DNA of 64,000 nucleotides from a virus, in the IMG/VR virus record IMGVR_UViG_3300007345_000033, one strand, 5' to 3'. A program made the translations under genes and the position numbers. The notes beneath the pieces were generated by a model that was not told the origin of the DNA, made no database searches, and worked only from the letters and a program-made list of their open reading frames with translations. This document shows positions 1-9,847 of the stretch, piece after piece; within the stretch, counting starts at the first letter, position 1; each line of letters begins with the position of its first letter.

Positions 1-282
1 ACACGGGACATTTTTTACTCCTAATCGCCGTTTTCAATTTATACGCATATTATACCCTAACCCTATGTGAAAGTAAAGAAAGAAATTTATGAATTACCCT
101 TATTTTTATCTTTACTATCAGACATAACCTTAGTATAATAATCATGTGATTTGAAAGGTTAATATCATGAGTATCAAAAGAAACCCTATTGCTGCTGCTC
201 TTTGTAAGGGTCAGTTTAAGCATAAAATAGTTCGTAACAAAACTAAGTACACCAGAAAAGTAAAACATAAAAAGGGGTTGAC

Positions 283-1026
283 ATGACTAAGAAAATTGCT
301 TATTGTTCTGATATTCATTTAGAATGGACAAAGCTGTCCGAAGGACTTCAGAATGAAGAGGGGGCGGACCTATTAATCCTGGCCGGTGATATTTGTGTCG
401 CATTCGAGGCAGAAAAGTATCTAAAGTTCTTTGAGGAAACTTGTAGTAATTTTCATCAGGTTTTGTATATTCCTGGTAATCATGAACACTATATGGGTCA
501 TATTGATGATACAGTTAGAATTCTTCGGGAGAAGTTAGGTCACATTGGTAATTTGTGTATTGCCAACAACCATGAATACGATTATTATGGTATCAAAATT
601 TGGATGGGAACATTGTGGTCAGATATGAACCGTAATGACCCTTTAATCATGGAACAATGTAGGATGACGATTAATGATTACAATCGTATTTCTTGTGGGG
701 ATGGATATACAAGAAATCTATCACCAAGCGATACAGTTAAATTGTTTGAAGAAACGGTCAATTCAATTAATTATAATGCAGATATTGTGGTAACGCATCA
801 TGCTCCTAGTTATAAAGCGACGCATCCTCGTTTTAGATATAGTACTACTTCTGGTGCTTTTTATAGTAATTTAGACGAAAAGATTCATGATTCAAATATC
901 AAATATTGGATTTACGGGCATGTTCATTACAACACTGAATTTGAAATTGGTGGCACAAAAGTTATGTCAAATTGTTATTTGGATGATATGCGACCTGAAT
1001 TCAAAATGAAATATTTTGAGATTTAA
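283..1026 (+). CDS. calcineurin-like metallophosphoesterase
   Basis: Metallophosphatase motifs present in order: D-x-H (CSDIHLE), GDxxV/D (LAGDICV), GNHE (IPGNHEHY), downstream GHVH. Paralog of 1680..2435. Confidence 0.6.
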   Translation: MTKKIAYCSDIHLEWTKLSEGLQNEEGADLLILAGDICVAFEAEKYLKFFEETCSNFHQVLYIPGNHEHYMGHIDDTVRILREKLGHIGNLCIANNHEYDYYGIKIWMGTLWSDMNRNDPLIMEQCRMTINDYNRISCGDGYTRNLSPSDTVKLFEETVNSINYNADIVVTHHAPSYKATHPRFRYSTTSGAFYSNLDEKIHDSNIKYWIYGHVHYNTEFEIGGTKVMSNCYLDDMRPEFKMKYFEI

Positions 1027-1033
1027 AAAAACG

Positions 1034-1063
1034 CTTTACTTCTTAATAAAATTATTTTATAAT
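1034..1063 (+). promoter_or_regulatory. sigma70-like early promoter (-35 cTTTACT, 17-bp spacer, -10 TATAAT)
   Basis: ctttact 1034..1040. tataat 1058..1063. A-tract upstream. Conserved leader gtataatttgaatagga downstream. Confidence 0.6.
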
Positions 1064-1065
1064 AT

Positions 1066-1419
1066 GTGTATAATTTGAATAGGATGACTTTGATGAACAC
1101 ATATAACCCTGACTTTTGGGTAGTACTTAAAATTGCTAACCCATATCATGATGTTGACTATCGTGTACTAGGTGCCTGGGGCGGTAGTTATCTATACGGC
1201 GATTCCTGGCGTCTTAATTCAGGAATTGTTTCAGTGGAAGATGCTGGTGATTGCTATAACATCTGGGGTTCTTCTGGTAGTCGATATGTCTGTAATAAAG
1301 AACGGTATGGTTTAAAAATGGCGTCTGTTGGAATCTACCAAAAACTACTTGACAAATATCCAGGAACTGTTATGCTTGATGAAGATACTGACTGGTTAAA
1401 TTATGATTGGAGTAAATGA
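1066..1419 (+). CDS. hypothetical protein
   Basis: ORF begins just after a sigma70-like promoter plus AGGA RBS at 1027..1085. Gly/Trp-rich sequence with no recognisable motif. Confidence 0.4.
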   Translation: MYNLNRMTLMNTYNPDFWVVLKIANPYHDVDYRVLGAWGGSYLYGDSWRLNSGIVSVEDAGDCYNIWGSSGSRYVCNKERYGLKMASVGIYQKLLDKYPGTVMLDEDTDWLNYDWSK

Positions 1420-1669
1420 AATGAATGTAAAAGACTTTATCCAAATTTTGGAAACATATGATCCAGAAATGTTAGTTGTTATGAGTTCAGACAGCGAGGG
1501 TAATAATTATTCACCATTTTCTGATTTTGATGAAGGTTATTATATACCATATAGCACCTATTCTGGTGAGATGTATTTTGACCAGAATTTAGAAGAAGAG
1601 CCTGATGAATATGATGTTGATGAAATTCGTCAAGAACAAAGGGCATTAGTATTATTCCCTATTAATTAG
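1403..1669 (+). CDS. hypothetical protein (paralog of 10866..11120)
   Basis: Shares SxDxEGNxYSP...YYxPYS...EY motif with ORF 10866..11120. The 4-nt overlap with the upstream gene (ATGA) suggests translational coupling. Confidence 0.45.
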   Translation: MIGVNEMNVKDFIQILETYDPEMLVVMSSDSEGNNYSPFSDFDEGYYIPYSTYSGEMYFDQNLEEEPDEYDVDEIRQEQRALVLFPIN

Positions 1670-1679
1670 GAGAAAAACA

Positions 1680-2435
1680 ATGAAAATCGCTTATGCAAGT
1701 GATCTACATCTAGAACATCGGCTAATGAAGCCATTGGAAAACGATGGTGCGGATTTGTTAATCCTTGCTGGTGATATCACAATGGCAAGTACATTGAATA
1801 ATCGTGGTACAGGTGCAATGCACCAATGGTTCAAGGATACTTGTGCCAACTTTGGGAGCGTGATCTATATCATGGGAAACCATGAATATTATGACTCACG
1901 CTTTCCTGATGCGTTCTATCAAATTCAAGAACGTCTTGGTTACATCAGTAATCTTTTTGTCCTTGAAAATGAGGGCATGATTTTTGATGGTAAAACTTTC
2001 TGGTGTTCTACATTGTGGACTAATGCCAACAATCGAAACCCTATTGATATGTACTCTATTCATCATGGTATGAATGATTATAATTGGATTAGGGGCTCCG
2101 ATAAAGGCGAAAAATTCACTGTGGATGATATGGTGTCTTATCATGAATTAAGTATCAGAAACTTTGATAGAAGTGCGGATGTGGTTGTTACACATCATTG
2201 TCCGTCGCAATTGTCGATGGCACCACAACATGCGAATAGTAAGTTGAACTATGCTTTCCATTCAAATCTTGAAAACTTTGTTGCTGACTCAGATATCAAA
2301 CATTGGATTTGTGGCCATACACACTATAGTATAGGCTATCATTTGGGTAATACTCAGGTTCACATGAACTGTCGTGGTTATCCTCATGAGTTTGGCCATA
2401 ATAATTTTGAGTTGGCTTATTTTGATTTGGAGTGA
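1680..2435 (+). CDS. calcineurin-like metallophosphoesterase (paralog)
   Basis: ASDLHLEH, LAGDIT, MGNHEYY and GHTHY motifs. Collinear similarity to 283..1026. Confidence 0.6.
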   Translation: MKIAYASDLHLEHRLMKPLENDGADLLILAGDITMASTLNNRGTGAMHQWFKDTCANFGSVIYIMGNHEYYDSRFPDAFYQIQERLGYISNLFVLENEGMIFDGKTFWCSTLWTNANNRNPIDMYSIHHGMNDYNWIRGSDKGEKFTVDDMVSYHELSIRNFDRSADVVVTHHCPSQLSMAPQHANSKLNYAFHSNLENFVADSDIKHWICGHTHYSIGYHLGNTQVHMNCRGYPHEFGHNNFELAYFDLE

Positions 2436-2735
2436 AAATAGGGGGAGCGAAAGTTTCCCTATTTTTTTGTTGACATCTAAGATATGATTTGATATTATAA
2501 TCATAATGAGAACAAAGAGGTGATGTTATGTATCAGGTTTATCTAAACAACTTCAATTATTATCACTGGAAAATCTTTGATAATATCATTGATGCAATTC
2601 AATTCTCAAAGAAATTGGGTTTTGAGGCATCTGTCCACTATATGATGGACGACAAAGTAGTAGAGGTTATCTAATGTCTGAAGATCAGTATTATGACGAA
2701 CTAGCTGATATCTATGAATTGGAGAATGTAGAGTA

Positions 2736-2999
2736 ATGAAGTATTATACAATTACACTGAAGAAAATCCTTATTGATCTTGACGACCATAAGGATTTTCG
2801 TAATGTACTAATGACTCTGGTAACAGAGGGTGGTATGTATGTTGGTGACTTTGATCGTGATCCTACAGACCCATCATTGTATTACTTCACTCTCATTGCA
2901 GAGCATGAGCATCAATTAGTGTCCTTTCTAAAAGACGAAGAATATCCTGAGTCTTTGAAAGATACAATTGATGTTCTTGAAGTTACTATCCAAGAATAA
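2736..2999 (+). CDS. hypothetical protein
   Basis: ORF with an upstream AG-rich RBS and an acidic sequence. Confidence 0.35.
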   Translation: MKYYTITLKKILIDLDDHKDFRNVLMTLVTEGGMYVGDFDRDPTDPSLYYFTLIAEHEHQLVSFLKDEEYPESLKDTIDVLEVTIQE

Positions 3000-3069
3000 G
3001 TATTTTCCGATTGACAAAAAGTTCGATATCGGATATATTCAATTCATAAATTGAGAAAAGGAAATCAAA

Positions 3070-3339
3070 ATGAAACAGATTAAAGACGCACGTGGTTATG
3101 CATATGATCTAGTAGATAACAATTTGGTATCTGAAGAAACTATGTTGACTGCATGCTTGAAATATATGTCTCAGGATGAAGTCCTGGATATGTTGGAAAA
3201 GAATGAAATGATTCTTGAGGATGAAGAAGATGATCTTGATGCCGAGGATTGTTTTGATTATGAATTGGAAGCCGAAGTCTTTGCAGATGCAATGAAAGAA
3301 GCTTACTACAACTTTATGAAGGCTCGTGATGGCTCGTGA
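3070..3339 (+). CDS. hypothetical acidic protein
   Basis: RBS gaaaaggaaa upstream. Highly acidic C-terminal half. Confidence 0.4.
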   Translation: MKQIKDARGYAYDLVDNNLVSEETMLTACLKYMSQDEVLDMLEKNEMILEDEEDDLDAEDCFDYELEAEVFADAMKEAYYNFMKARDGS

Positions 3340-3853
3340 TATTTGGGTAATCTCTGATACCCACTTTAACCATGCCAATATTCTCAACTTTAATGATAGT
3401 ATTGGTAACCCAGTTCGATCTTTTGATAGTGTTCAAGAGATGAATGAAATCATGATTAGAAACTGGAATCAGGTTGTAAGACCTGGTGACGAAGTTTATC
3501 ATCTTGGTGATGTTCTCTTTGGCACTAACAAGAGAGATTGGATGGCTAAGAATTTCCCTAGACTAATGGGATCAAAACGGCTGATTGTTGGTAATCATGA
3601 TAATGTCAAGGAATTGACTTTGAGTGGTCACTTTCAAAAGGTCATGATGTGGCGTCAGTTTAAAGATTTAGGTCTTTTGCTGACGCATGTCCCAGTACAT
3701 CCTTCTACTCTTAAAGAAGGACGATTTGGTGATTTAACACCCATTAATGTACATGGTCATATCCACCAAAATAAAAGTCCTGAAGGACCGTACAAATGTG
3801 TTTGCGTCGAGCAGACTAATTACACACCAGTAAACATTGAGGAACTGAAATAA
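3326..3853 (+). CDS. metallophosphoesterase (short form)
   Basis: ISDTHFNH (D-x-H), LGDVLFG (GDxxD-like), VGNHDN (GNHD) and HGHIH motifs in canonical order. Confidence 0.55.
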   Translation: MMARDIWVISDTHFNHANILNFNDSIGNPVRSFDSVQEMNEIMIRNWNQVVRPGDEVYHLGDVLFGTNKRDWMAKNFPRLMGSKRLIVGNHDNVKELTLSGHFQKVMMWRQFKDLGLLLTHVPVHPSTLKEGRFGDLTPINVHGHIHQNKSPEGPYKCVCVEQTNYTPVNIEELK

Positions 3854-4165
3854 ATGGCACACTATAGAAAAATCAACAAAATCACACGCGATACGCACCC
3901 AGAGATTTTTGAATACTTTGATAATGATGATTGGGACTGGGACGAACAGCTTGATGAAGTACATGTTAAGCATGACATCACCAGTTACCAAATTCGAATG
4001 GTTATTGATGAAAATGTAACCAAAGACGAATCCCTATGGGGTAGTTGGGTTGGTTGGTATGATAATAGCTACGCATATGGATCAGAGCCCGAAGATTATC
4101 CGCAAGAACTTTGGCGTGTTGAACAAAAAGAAGTAACCAAAATTGAATGGGTTGTTGTGGAATGA
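3854..4165 (+). CDS. hypothetical protein
   Basis: ORF immediately after the previous stop (TAAATG). Trp-rich. Confidence 0.35.
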   Translation: MAHYRKINKITRDTHPEIFEYFDNDDWDWDEQLDEVHVKHDITSYQIRMVIDENVTKDESLWGSWVGWYDNSYAYGSEPEDYPQELWRVEQKEVTKIEWVVVE

Positions 4166-4572
4166 GTATTACTAAAACAGTAAAAGTGATGATGAAAGCT
4201 GGAGTACCGTGTGTATCTGGTAGAATCTATAATACGGATGTGCTTCAAAATGCTATTGATGAAGCGCTTACCAATGAATTGTTTGTTGAATTAGATGGCC
4301 CAGAAAATATTTCCGAGACAACGTTTTTATCGGAAGTTGTGCTTGACAAAGTAATTGGTAAGATTAATTCAATCGTGATCGATGGCGAAGACGTATTTGT
4401 GGAATTTACAACATTCCAAACGCCTCTGTCTGAAGCGTATAAACAGCTATTAGAATCTGACGTGCCATTGATATACAATCTTATCGGTTGCGGTGCGGTT
4501 GATAAAAACACCTTAGAAGTATCTGAATATACAATTGGAAAAATGTCTGTTTACTTGGATAGGAATGAATAA
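4163..4572 (+). CDS. hypothetical protein
   Basis: ORF 4147..4572; likely start at internal Met (MSITK). ATGA overlap with the next gene. Confidence 0.35.
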
Positions 4573-5669
4573 TGTTTAGTACGAACGTAATCTATAAATT
4601 GGATACAAAGGGTAAAATCAGAACATGGCAAGCGTTTGCGGATGGTAATTCTTGGTACACCGTTGCTGGTTTAATTGATGGTAAAAAAGTTACCAGCGAG
4701 CCTAAGATTGTGGAAGCCACAAATGTTGGTCGATCCAACGAACGTAATGAAGAAGAGCAAGCAATTTTTGAAGCCACAGCTGATATGGAAAAGAAACTGA
4801 CTCGTGGATATTTTTTGAATATTGATGATGTCGGTAAGTTCGATAAATTCAAACCGATGCTAGCAAACGATTATACCAAACTAAAGGCTCCTTTAGTGTA
4901 TCCAGTATGGTCTCAGCCTAAGCTGGATGGCATCAGATGCATTTATATGAATGGTAAATTGTGGACAAGAGCAGGTAAAGAAATTGTATCTTGTCCACAT
5001 ATCGTTCAGGCTTTGATGGGGTTGGATAAGGACATTATTCTGGATGGAGAATTGTATAATCACGAACTTCGGGATGACTTTAACGAGATCACTTCCATTG
5101 TTCGTAAAACAAAACCAAAAACTGAAGATTATCTTAAATCCGAAGAATTAATTCAATTCCATGTTTATGATCAATACAGCGCTGAACCTTTCTGGACACG
5201 ACTACAGAAATTGTTTGCACGATTAAAAGATAACGATATTGATCGGAATTATATCAAACCTGTTGATACTCAATATGTATCTTCCGATGAAGAATTGAAC
5301 GAACTTTACGGACGTTATTTGAATGATGAGTATGAAGGTCAAATGGTTAGACTTAACGAGAAATATGAGAACAAACGTTCGAAGTATTTGTTGAAGCGCA
5401 AGGAGTTTTTGTCTGACGAATATACTGTTTTGGATGTTGAAGAAGGTTTGGGTAACTGGTCAGGGGCCATTAAACGGTTTCATTTCAAAACTGAAGACGG
5501 TCAAGATTTTTCGGCTGGTGTCCGTGGGACTTATGAAAAACTTAGCGGTTTGCTTGAATCTGGTAAAAAGCCTGACTGGGCAACTGTTCGTTACTTCACA
5601 CCAACACCTGATGGCATTCCAAGGTTCCCTGTTGTTACGGATTACGGATGGGGTAAGAGGGAAGATTAA
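4572..5669 (+). CDS. ATP-dependent DNA ligase (T7-like size)
   Basis: Adenylation motif I K-x-D-G present (PKLDGIRC). Length of 365 aa is typical of small phage ligases. A downstream OB-fold region is plausible. Confidence 0.7.
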   Translation: MFSTNVIYKLDTKGKIRTWQAFADGNSWYTVAGLIDGKKVTSEPKIVEATNVGRSNERNEEEQAIFEATADMEKKLTRGYFLNIDDVGKFDKFKPMLANDYTKLKAPLVYPVWSQPKLDGIRCIYMNGKLWTRAGKEIVSCPHIVQALMGLDKDIILDGELYNHELRDDFNEITSIVRKTKPKTEDYLKSEELIQFHVYDQYSAEPFWTRLQKLFARLKDNDIDRNYIKPVDTQYVSSDEELNELYGRYLNDEYEGQMVRLNEKYENKRSKYLLKRKEFLSDEYTVLDVEEGLGNWSGAIKRFHFKTEDGQDFSAGVRGTYEKLSGLLESGKKPDWATVRYFTPTPDGIPRFPVVTDYGWGKRED

Positions 5670-5675
5670 AACCTC

Positions 5676-5704
5676 TTTACTTTCCGTATAAATTAATATA
5701 TAAT
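5676..5704 (+). promoter_or_regulatory. sigma70-like early promoter
   Basis: tttact 5676..5681. 17-bp spacer. tataat 5699..5704. Confidence 0.55.
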
Positions 5705-5734
5705 AAGCTTCTAAATTGATAAAAGGATAAAATT

Positions 5735-6121
5735 ATGTTAATGACAACCGCAGCAATTTGCTTGGCTATGAATGTGTATTTTGAATCTCGTGGAGAATCG
5801 TACGATGGTCAGATGGCCGTTGCCGAAGTCACGATGAATCGAGTGACAAGTTCAAAATATCCAAATGATGTATGCTCGGTTGTCAAACAACGTAAGCAGT
5901 TTTCTTGGTATAAACCTGGTAAAAATGAATATAATATCAAAGATGAAAAAGCATGGGAACAAGCCATGGAAATCGCTAACCTTGCTTTGGATGGACTAGT
6001 ACCCAAAACAGGTGCTATGTTCTTTCATGCTTATTGGGTAAATCCCCGTTGGGCTCACTCCCCAAAACTTGAAAAGGTACAAACTATCGGAGTTCATACT
6101 TTCTACAAATATAAGGATTGA
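5735..6121 (+). CDS. SleB-like cell wall hydrolase domain protein
   Basis: Sequence pattern NVYFESRGE...VAEVTMNRV...KQFSWY resembles the Hydrolase_2 / SleB family. Confidence 0.5.
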   Translation: MLMTTAAICLAMNVYFESRGESYDGQMAVAEVTMNRVTSSKYPNDVCSVVKQRKQFSWYKPGKNEYNIKDEKAWEQAMEIANLALDGLVPKTGAMFFHAYWVNPRWAHSPKLEKVQTIGVHTFYKYKD

Positions 6122-6287
6122 TACTATGTATAAAGTTAATTACATGATTGTTAATAAAGATAACTTTGTTGTCGATAAAAACAAGAGTTTTAAAAACTTT
6201 GAAACTGCTTATGACTTTATGAACAAACTTAAGAATGATAAAACCATCAAACTTAAGACTTTACCTATCGTAGATCTTGGAGATTAA

Positions 6288-6590
6288 ATGACTAAGAAAA
6301 GCTTGATCAAATCCAAAATGGAACACGATAAGTGGCTCCGTAGTATGGGTCTACAACCATATAAGGGTCGCTTGAAGAAACGTGGAGTTACCAAAATTCC
6401 CGATTATTCTTGCGATCCATTACCCAATAATGTGAGTATGAGTAATAGTGTTGGTTCTTGTGAGTTAAAAACCAAACCAAAATATACGGGAACTTACATT
6501 AAAGGTGTTGTTACATCTCATAAATCAAACCTTATTCCAATCACTTCTAATAAACAAGCTGTTGATGCAGCTCAAATGCGGAGAAATTAA
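6288..6590 (+). CDS. hypothetical protein
   Basis: ORF with a basic N-terminus. Confidence 0.3.
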   Translation: MTKKSLIKSKMEHDKWLRSMGLQPYKGRLKKRGVTKIPDYSCDPLPNNVSMSNSVGSCELKTKPKYTGTYIKGVVTSHKSNLIPITSNKQAVDAAQMRRN

Positions 6591-6820
6591 TGAAACAAAC
6601 TTATTTTAACGACTATTCTTCCGAATATTTTGAATTGACTAAAGATCCTCAATACGAACTAAATTCGTCTGAAAATTCATTTAAGACTAGTTTATCTTTA
6701 ACAGAATTTAACAAAGTGTCTAGAAAAATAAGATCAAATTTAAAACTTTCTTCTGATGAAGGTTCAATTAAGGGATTTGTCCAAACTCCAAAATTGAAAT
6801 ACAATACGGTTGTAATGTAA
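6590..6820 (+). CDS. hypothetical protein
   Basis: ORF overlapping neighbours by ATGA and TAATG junctions. Confidence 0.3.
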   Translation: MKQTYFNDYSSEYFELTKDPQYELNSSENSFKTSLSLTEFNKVSRKIRSNLKLSSDEGSIKGFVQTPKLKYNTVVM

Positions 6821-7035
6821 TGATAATGATTGATCCCCCATTTGGATGGTTGTATGGGTTTCCAAAGGTATGTCCCGATGATCGTTTAGGGAATGTAAAT
6901 GAATGGCTTGTAGAAGAAGGATATCCAAAGGAAGAGATAGAATCTTACGGACAACATTTCTATTATCGAACTATTTCGGTTGTGAATGGAATTGACTATA
7001 ATGAAAAAGAAAAAGTTCAACCATCAGCTAGTTGA
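6820..7035 (+). CDS. hypothetical protein
   Basis: Short ORF coupled to its neighbours. Confidence 0.3.
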   Translation: MIMIDPPFGWLYGFPKVCPDDRLGNVNEWLVEEGYPKEEIESYGQHFYYRTISVVNGIDYNEKEKVQPSAS

Positions 7036-7660
7036 ACACTTAGACCTAAAAACTGAAACCATTAACGGAAAACGACATTATGTTTTGCCTGATGGAAAAA
7101 CTAAACTCAAATCAGTTACTTCCATTCTTTCTGAAGTTTTAGATAACTCTTGGGTTGAAGAATGGAAGTCGAGGGTTGGGGAAGAAGAGGCAAAAAAAAT
7201 ATCTACCCAATCCACTAACAGGGGTAGTTCTATTCATGACATAGCGGAGAAGTATGTAAAAAATGACGAAAACTTCTTAGATGGCCAAATGCCATTTAAT
7301 GTTTATCAATTTAAGCCTATCAAAAAGATATTAAATAAACACGTAGATAATATTCGTGGAGTGGAAATTGCTCTATATTCAAAAGCTTTAAAATGCGCTG
7401 GAAGGTCCGATTTGATTGCTGAGTATGATGGAGTGACTTCAGTAATTGACTATAAAACGTCAAAGAAAATTAAAACTGATGATGATATTAAAAGTTATTT
7501 TCTACAATCCACAATCTATTCTATGATGTTCGAGGTAATGTATAAAATACCGGTTCCTCAAATTGTAATTATTATGACCGTTGATTTTGAAGATGAGCCA
7601 TTAGTATTTGTGAAAGATAGGGGAAATTATATTAATGAAATACTTAGATTATTAGCTTGA
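6986..7660 (+). CDS. PD-(D/E)XK family nuclease (RecB/Cas4-like fold)
   Basis: Motif GRSDLIAEYDGVTSVIDYKTSKK matches the D...(D/E)-x-K core. The true start may be the internal Met at 7001. Confidence 0.45.
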   Translation: MELTIMKKKKFNHQLVEHLDLKTETINGKRHYVLPDGKTKLKSVTSILSEVLDNSWVEEWKSRVGEEEAKKISTQSTNRGSSIHDIAEKYVKNDENFLDGQMPFNVYQFKPIKKILNKHVDNIRGVEIALYSKALKCAGRSDLIAEYDGVTSVIDYKTSKKIKTDDDIKSYFLQSTIYSMMFEVMYKIPVPQIVIIMTVDFEDEPLVFVKDRGNYINEILRLLA

Positions 7661-7715
7661 CTTCTAATAAAATTTAGTATATAATAAAAATGAAAATTGA
7701 ATAAAGGAAAAGAAT

Positions 7716-7991
7716 ATGGGTTTTTGGAGCACACTTGGTGATGTTTTGATGGCAATTGGTTCGGGCACTAATCCATCACAGAATCAAAATACAGACGTTC
7801 CGGCAAATGTCATCCGTGATATGACTGTTCAGATTCAGATTCAAGATGGATTTAATTGGCGAACTGTTCAAACAATTATGGATGGTAATGCTTCTGTTGT
7901 GAATTTTTCCATGCAAAGTGTATCTCGCATGCACCCTAATTATAGGGTAAGGGCCATTGATGCCAATGTCCGAATTGTAGATATGCTGTAG
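7716..7991 (+). CDS. hypothetical protein
   Basis: ORF with an upstream AAGGAAAAG RBS. Confidence 0.35.
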   Translation: MGFWSTLGDVLMAIGSGTNPSQNQNTDVPANVIRDMTVQIQIQDGFNWRTVQTIMDGNASVVNFSMQSVSRMHPNYRVRAIDANVRIVDML

Positions 7992-8035
7992 GCAAACAAT
8001 TCTCCTATGGTGTATCATAGCCATAGGAGAAACAC

Positions 8036-8737
8036 ATGCGCAGAAGTATTACAAGGGAACAACAGCAATATTTAAAAGACCTAGGACTATATCACGGTTC
8101 CATTGATGGACTTTGGGGAAGATTATCAGAAACAGCGGTAATGGCCTTTCAGGAAATGAATGGTTTAACTGCTGACGGTATTATCGGACCAAATACTCGT
8201 CGTGCTATGTCTGAACATTTAGACAATGAATGGCGGGATAAAATAGAAAAACCTGCCAGTAAAAACCACTGGCCGAAAGAATCTACTGCATCTTTGATTG
8301 AATTTTATGGACAACCTGGATCCAGTAGAGTTAAATTAAAACTGCCTTATCAGATGAGATTATCTTGGGATAAGGGTGTCATAATTAATTCAATGTCATG
8401 TCACGAAAAAGTAGCCCCATCTTTGAAAAGAATCTTCAATGATATCAAGAAAAACTATAGTATGGACGAGATCAGAAAACATGGTTTTGATCTGTATGGT
8501 GGTTGTTATGTTGTCCGAAAGATCCGTGGCGGGAGCCGTTGGTCTACGCATTCTTGGGGATGTGCCATTGACCTTGATCCGGCCAGGAATGGGCTAAGGA
8601 CAAAATGGAAAGATGCTTATTTTAGCAGACCTGAATGTGCTAAATTTGTGGAAGCCTTCGAGAAAGAAGGATGGTATTCTTTAGGTAAAAATAGAAACTA
8701 TGATGCAATGCATTGGCAGGCGGCGTATCGTAATTAA
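8036..8737 (+). CDS. endolysin: peptidoglycan-binding domain + peptidase M15 (VanY-like) domain
   Basis: N-terminal PG_binding_1-like repeat (LGLYHGSIDGLWG...ADGIIGPNTRRAM). C-terminal zinc D-Ala-D-Ala carboxypeptidase signature SRWSTHSWGCAIDLD. Confidence 0.7.
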   Translation: MRRSITREQQQYLKDLGLYHGSIDGLWGRLSETAVMAFQEMNGLTADGIIGPNTRRAMSEHLDNEWRDKIEKPASKNHWPKESTASLIEFYGQPGSSRVKLKLPYQMRLSWDKGVIINSMSCHEKVAPSLKRIFNDIKKNYSMDEIRKHGFDLYGGCYVVRKIRGGSRWSTHSWGCAIDLDPARNGLRTKWKDAYFSRPECAKFVEAFEKEGWYSLGKNRNYDAMHWQAAYRN

Positions 8738-8757
8738 CTACTTATGAGAGTAATTTT

Positions 8758-9054
8758 ATGGTAGGAATAGGTGTAAATTCTGGTAAAGATATTCATACAA
8801 TCGGCAAACCAAATACTGCTGATGCCGTGGTAATATCTACCAAACAATCTACTGTATTTGCAGGTGGGCAATTAGTGGCCACCGATGGCGATCCGGTAGA
8901 GCCTCATGGGGTTGGTGAGCATGCTGACCCCGAAACCGATAATGGAAGCTCAACAGTATTTTGTGTTGGAGTTCCCGTAAATAGAAAGGGTGATCCAGAT
9001 ACTTGTGGTCATCCCAGAGCAACAGGTGTAACAACAGTTACGGTTGGTCCATAG
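8758..9054 (+). CDS. PAAR-like spike-tip protein (gp5.4-like)
   Basis: About 98 aa and Gly-rich, with repeated GDPxxxHG / GDPDTCGH motifs typical of PAAR-repeat proteins. Confidence 0.35.
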   Translation: MVGIGVNSGKDIHTIGKPNTADAVVISTKQSTVFAGGQLVATDGDPVEPHGVGEHADPETDNGSSTVFCVGVPVNRKGDPDTCGHPRATGVTTVTVGP

Positions 9055-9073
9055 AAAAATTAGGAGATAGAAT

Positions 9074-9844
9074 ATGGAATTGAGTAGGCGAACGTTTATT
9101 GCAGGATTATTTGGAGGAGCCACGGCCACCTTTGTTAGACCTGTGGTGGCATCAACCCCGATTGCCGGGATGGACAATATTTTGGATGCATTCCCTGTTA
9201 TGAAAATGGAGGATTCTACTTCAAAATTAAATTTCTTTATGAGACATTTGGTTCGTGAGGGTGATGACGAAGAATCCATTTTAGGTGGAGGCTTTCAGAT
9301 CGATAAAGTATCAACAGATGATGCGGTTGATAGGGAAACAATTACTTCGTATTTGAAAGAAAAAATCCCGTATATTGATGATGTGGGTGAAATTAAATCT
9401 ATCAATGATGTTTATATGAGTATTCTTAGATGCAAAAACAATATTGTAAAAGCTTGCAGAAGAAAAATGGGCAATTACTACTTTTATAATGAAGAAGATG
9501 AAGAAATGGTCATTTTCTATGCAGGAAATACTATTATGGATTCTCCTATTCTAGCAAATGACAAAACGGGATATAATGTCAATCCATTTGAAGGTGGATA
9601 TGAGAAATATTTCTGTCGATTTAAGCTTAAAAAGGAATTGTATGAAGAATGGTTGAATAGTGAAGACGCTTTGGAAAAGGCTAATTTACGACCGCACAGT
9701 CATTTATTTCCAGTAATTGAAAAATATGCCAATGAACAAAGACAAAATCTTGCCAAACATGGACACGTAGGATCTCCGTCGGTAAAGAGTAATATTCCGC
9801 CTTTAAGTGATAGTTACAAATCTGCTATTAATACCGGAGTTTAG
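9074..9844 (+). CDS. Tat-signal secreted protein of unknown function
   Basis: N-terminus MELSRRTFIAGLFGGATATFVRPVVAS is a twin-arginine motif (SRRxFI) followed by a hydrophobic h-region and an AxA-like cleavage site. Confidence 0.45.
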   Translation: MELSRRTFIAGLFGGATATFVRPVVASTPIAGMDNILDAFPVMKMEDSTSKLNFFMRHLVREGDDEESILGGGFQIDKVSTDDAVDRETITSYLKEKIPYIDDVGEIKSINDVYMSILRCKNNIVKACRRKMGNYYFYNEEDEEMVIFYAGNTIMDSPILANDKTGYNVNPFEGGYEKYFCRFKLKKELYEEWLNSEDALEKANLRPHSHLFPVIEKYANEQRQNLAKHGHVGSPSVKSNIPPLSDSYKSAINTGV

Positions 9845-9847
9845 ATA

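Noticed and set aside
3109-4511. Minus-strand ORFs 3109..3387, 3314..3502, 3734..3991, 4245..4511 and similar antisense ORFs throughout 1..31 kb (for example 1896..2144, 2289..2504, 5809..6006, 7776..8024, 8849..9279, 13199..13423, 15656..16329, 16906..17112, 17880..18062, 18724..19104, 19711..20013)
   Set aside because: Each is embedded antisense in a plus-strand gene with stronger motif or RBS support. Their translations are hydrophobic/low-complexity, as expected for AT-rich antisense frames.
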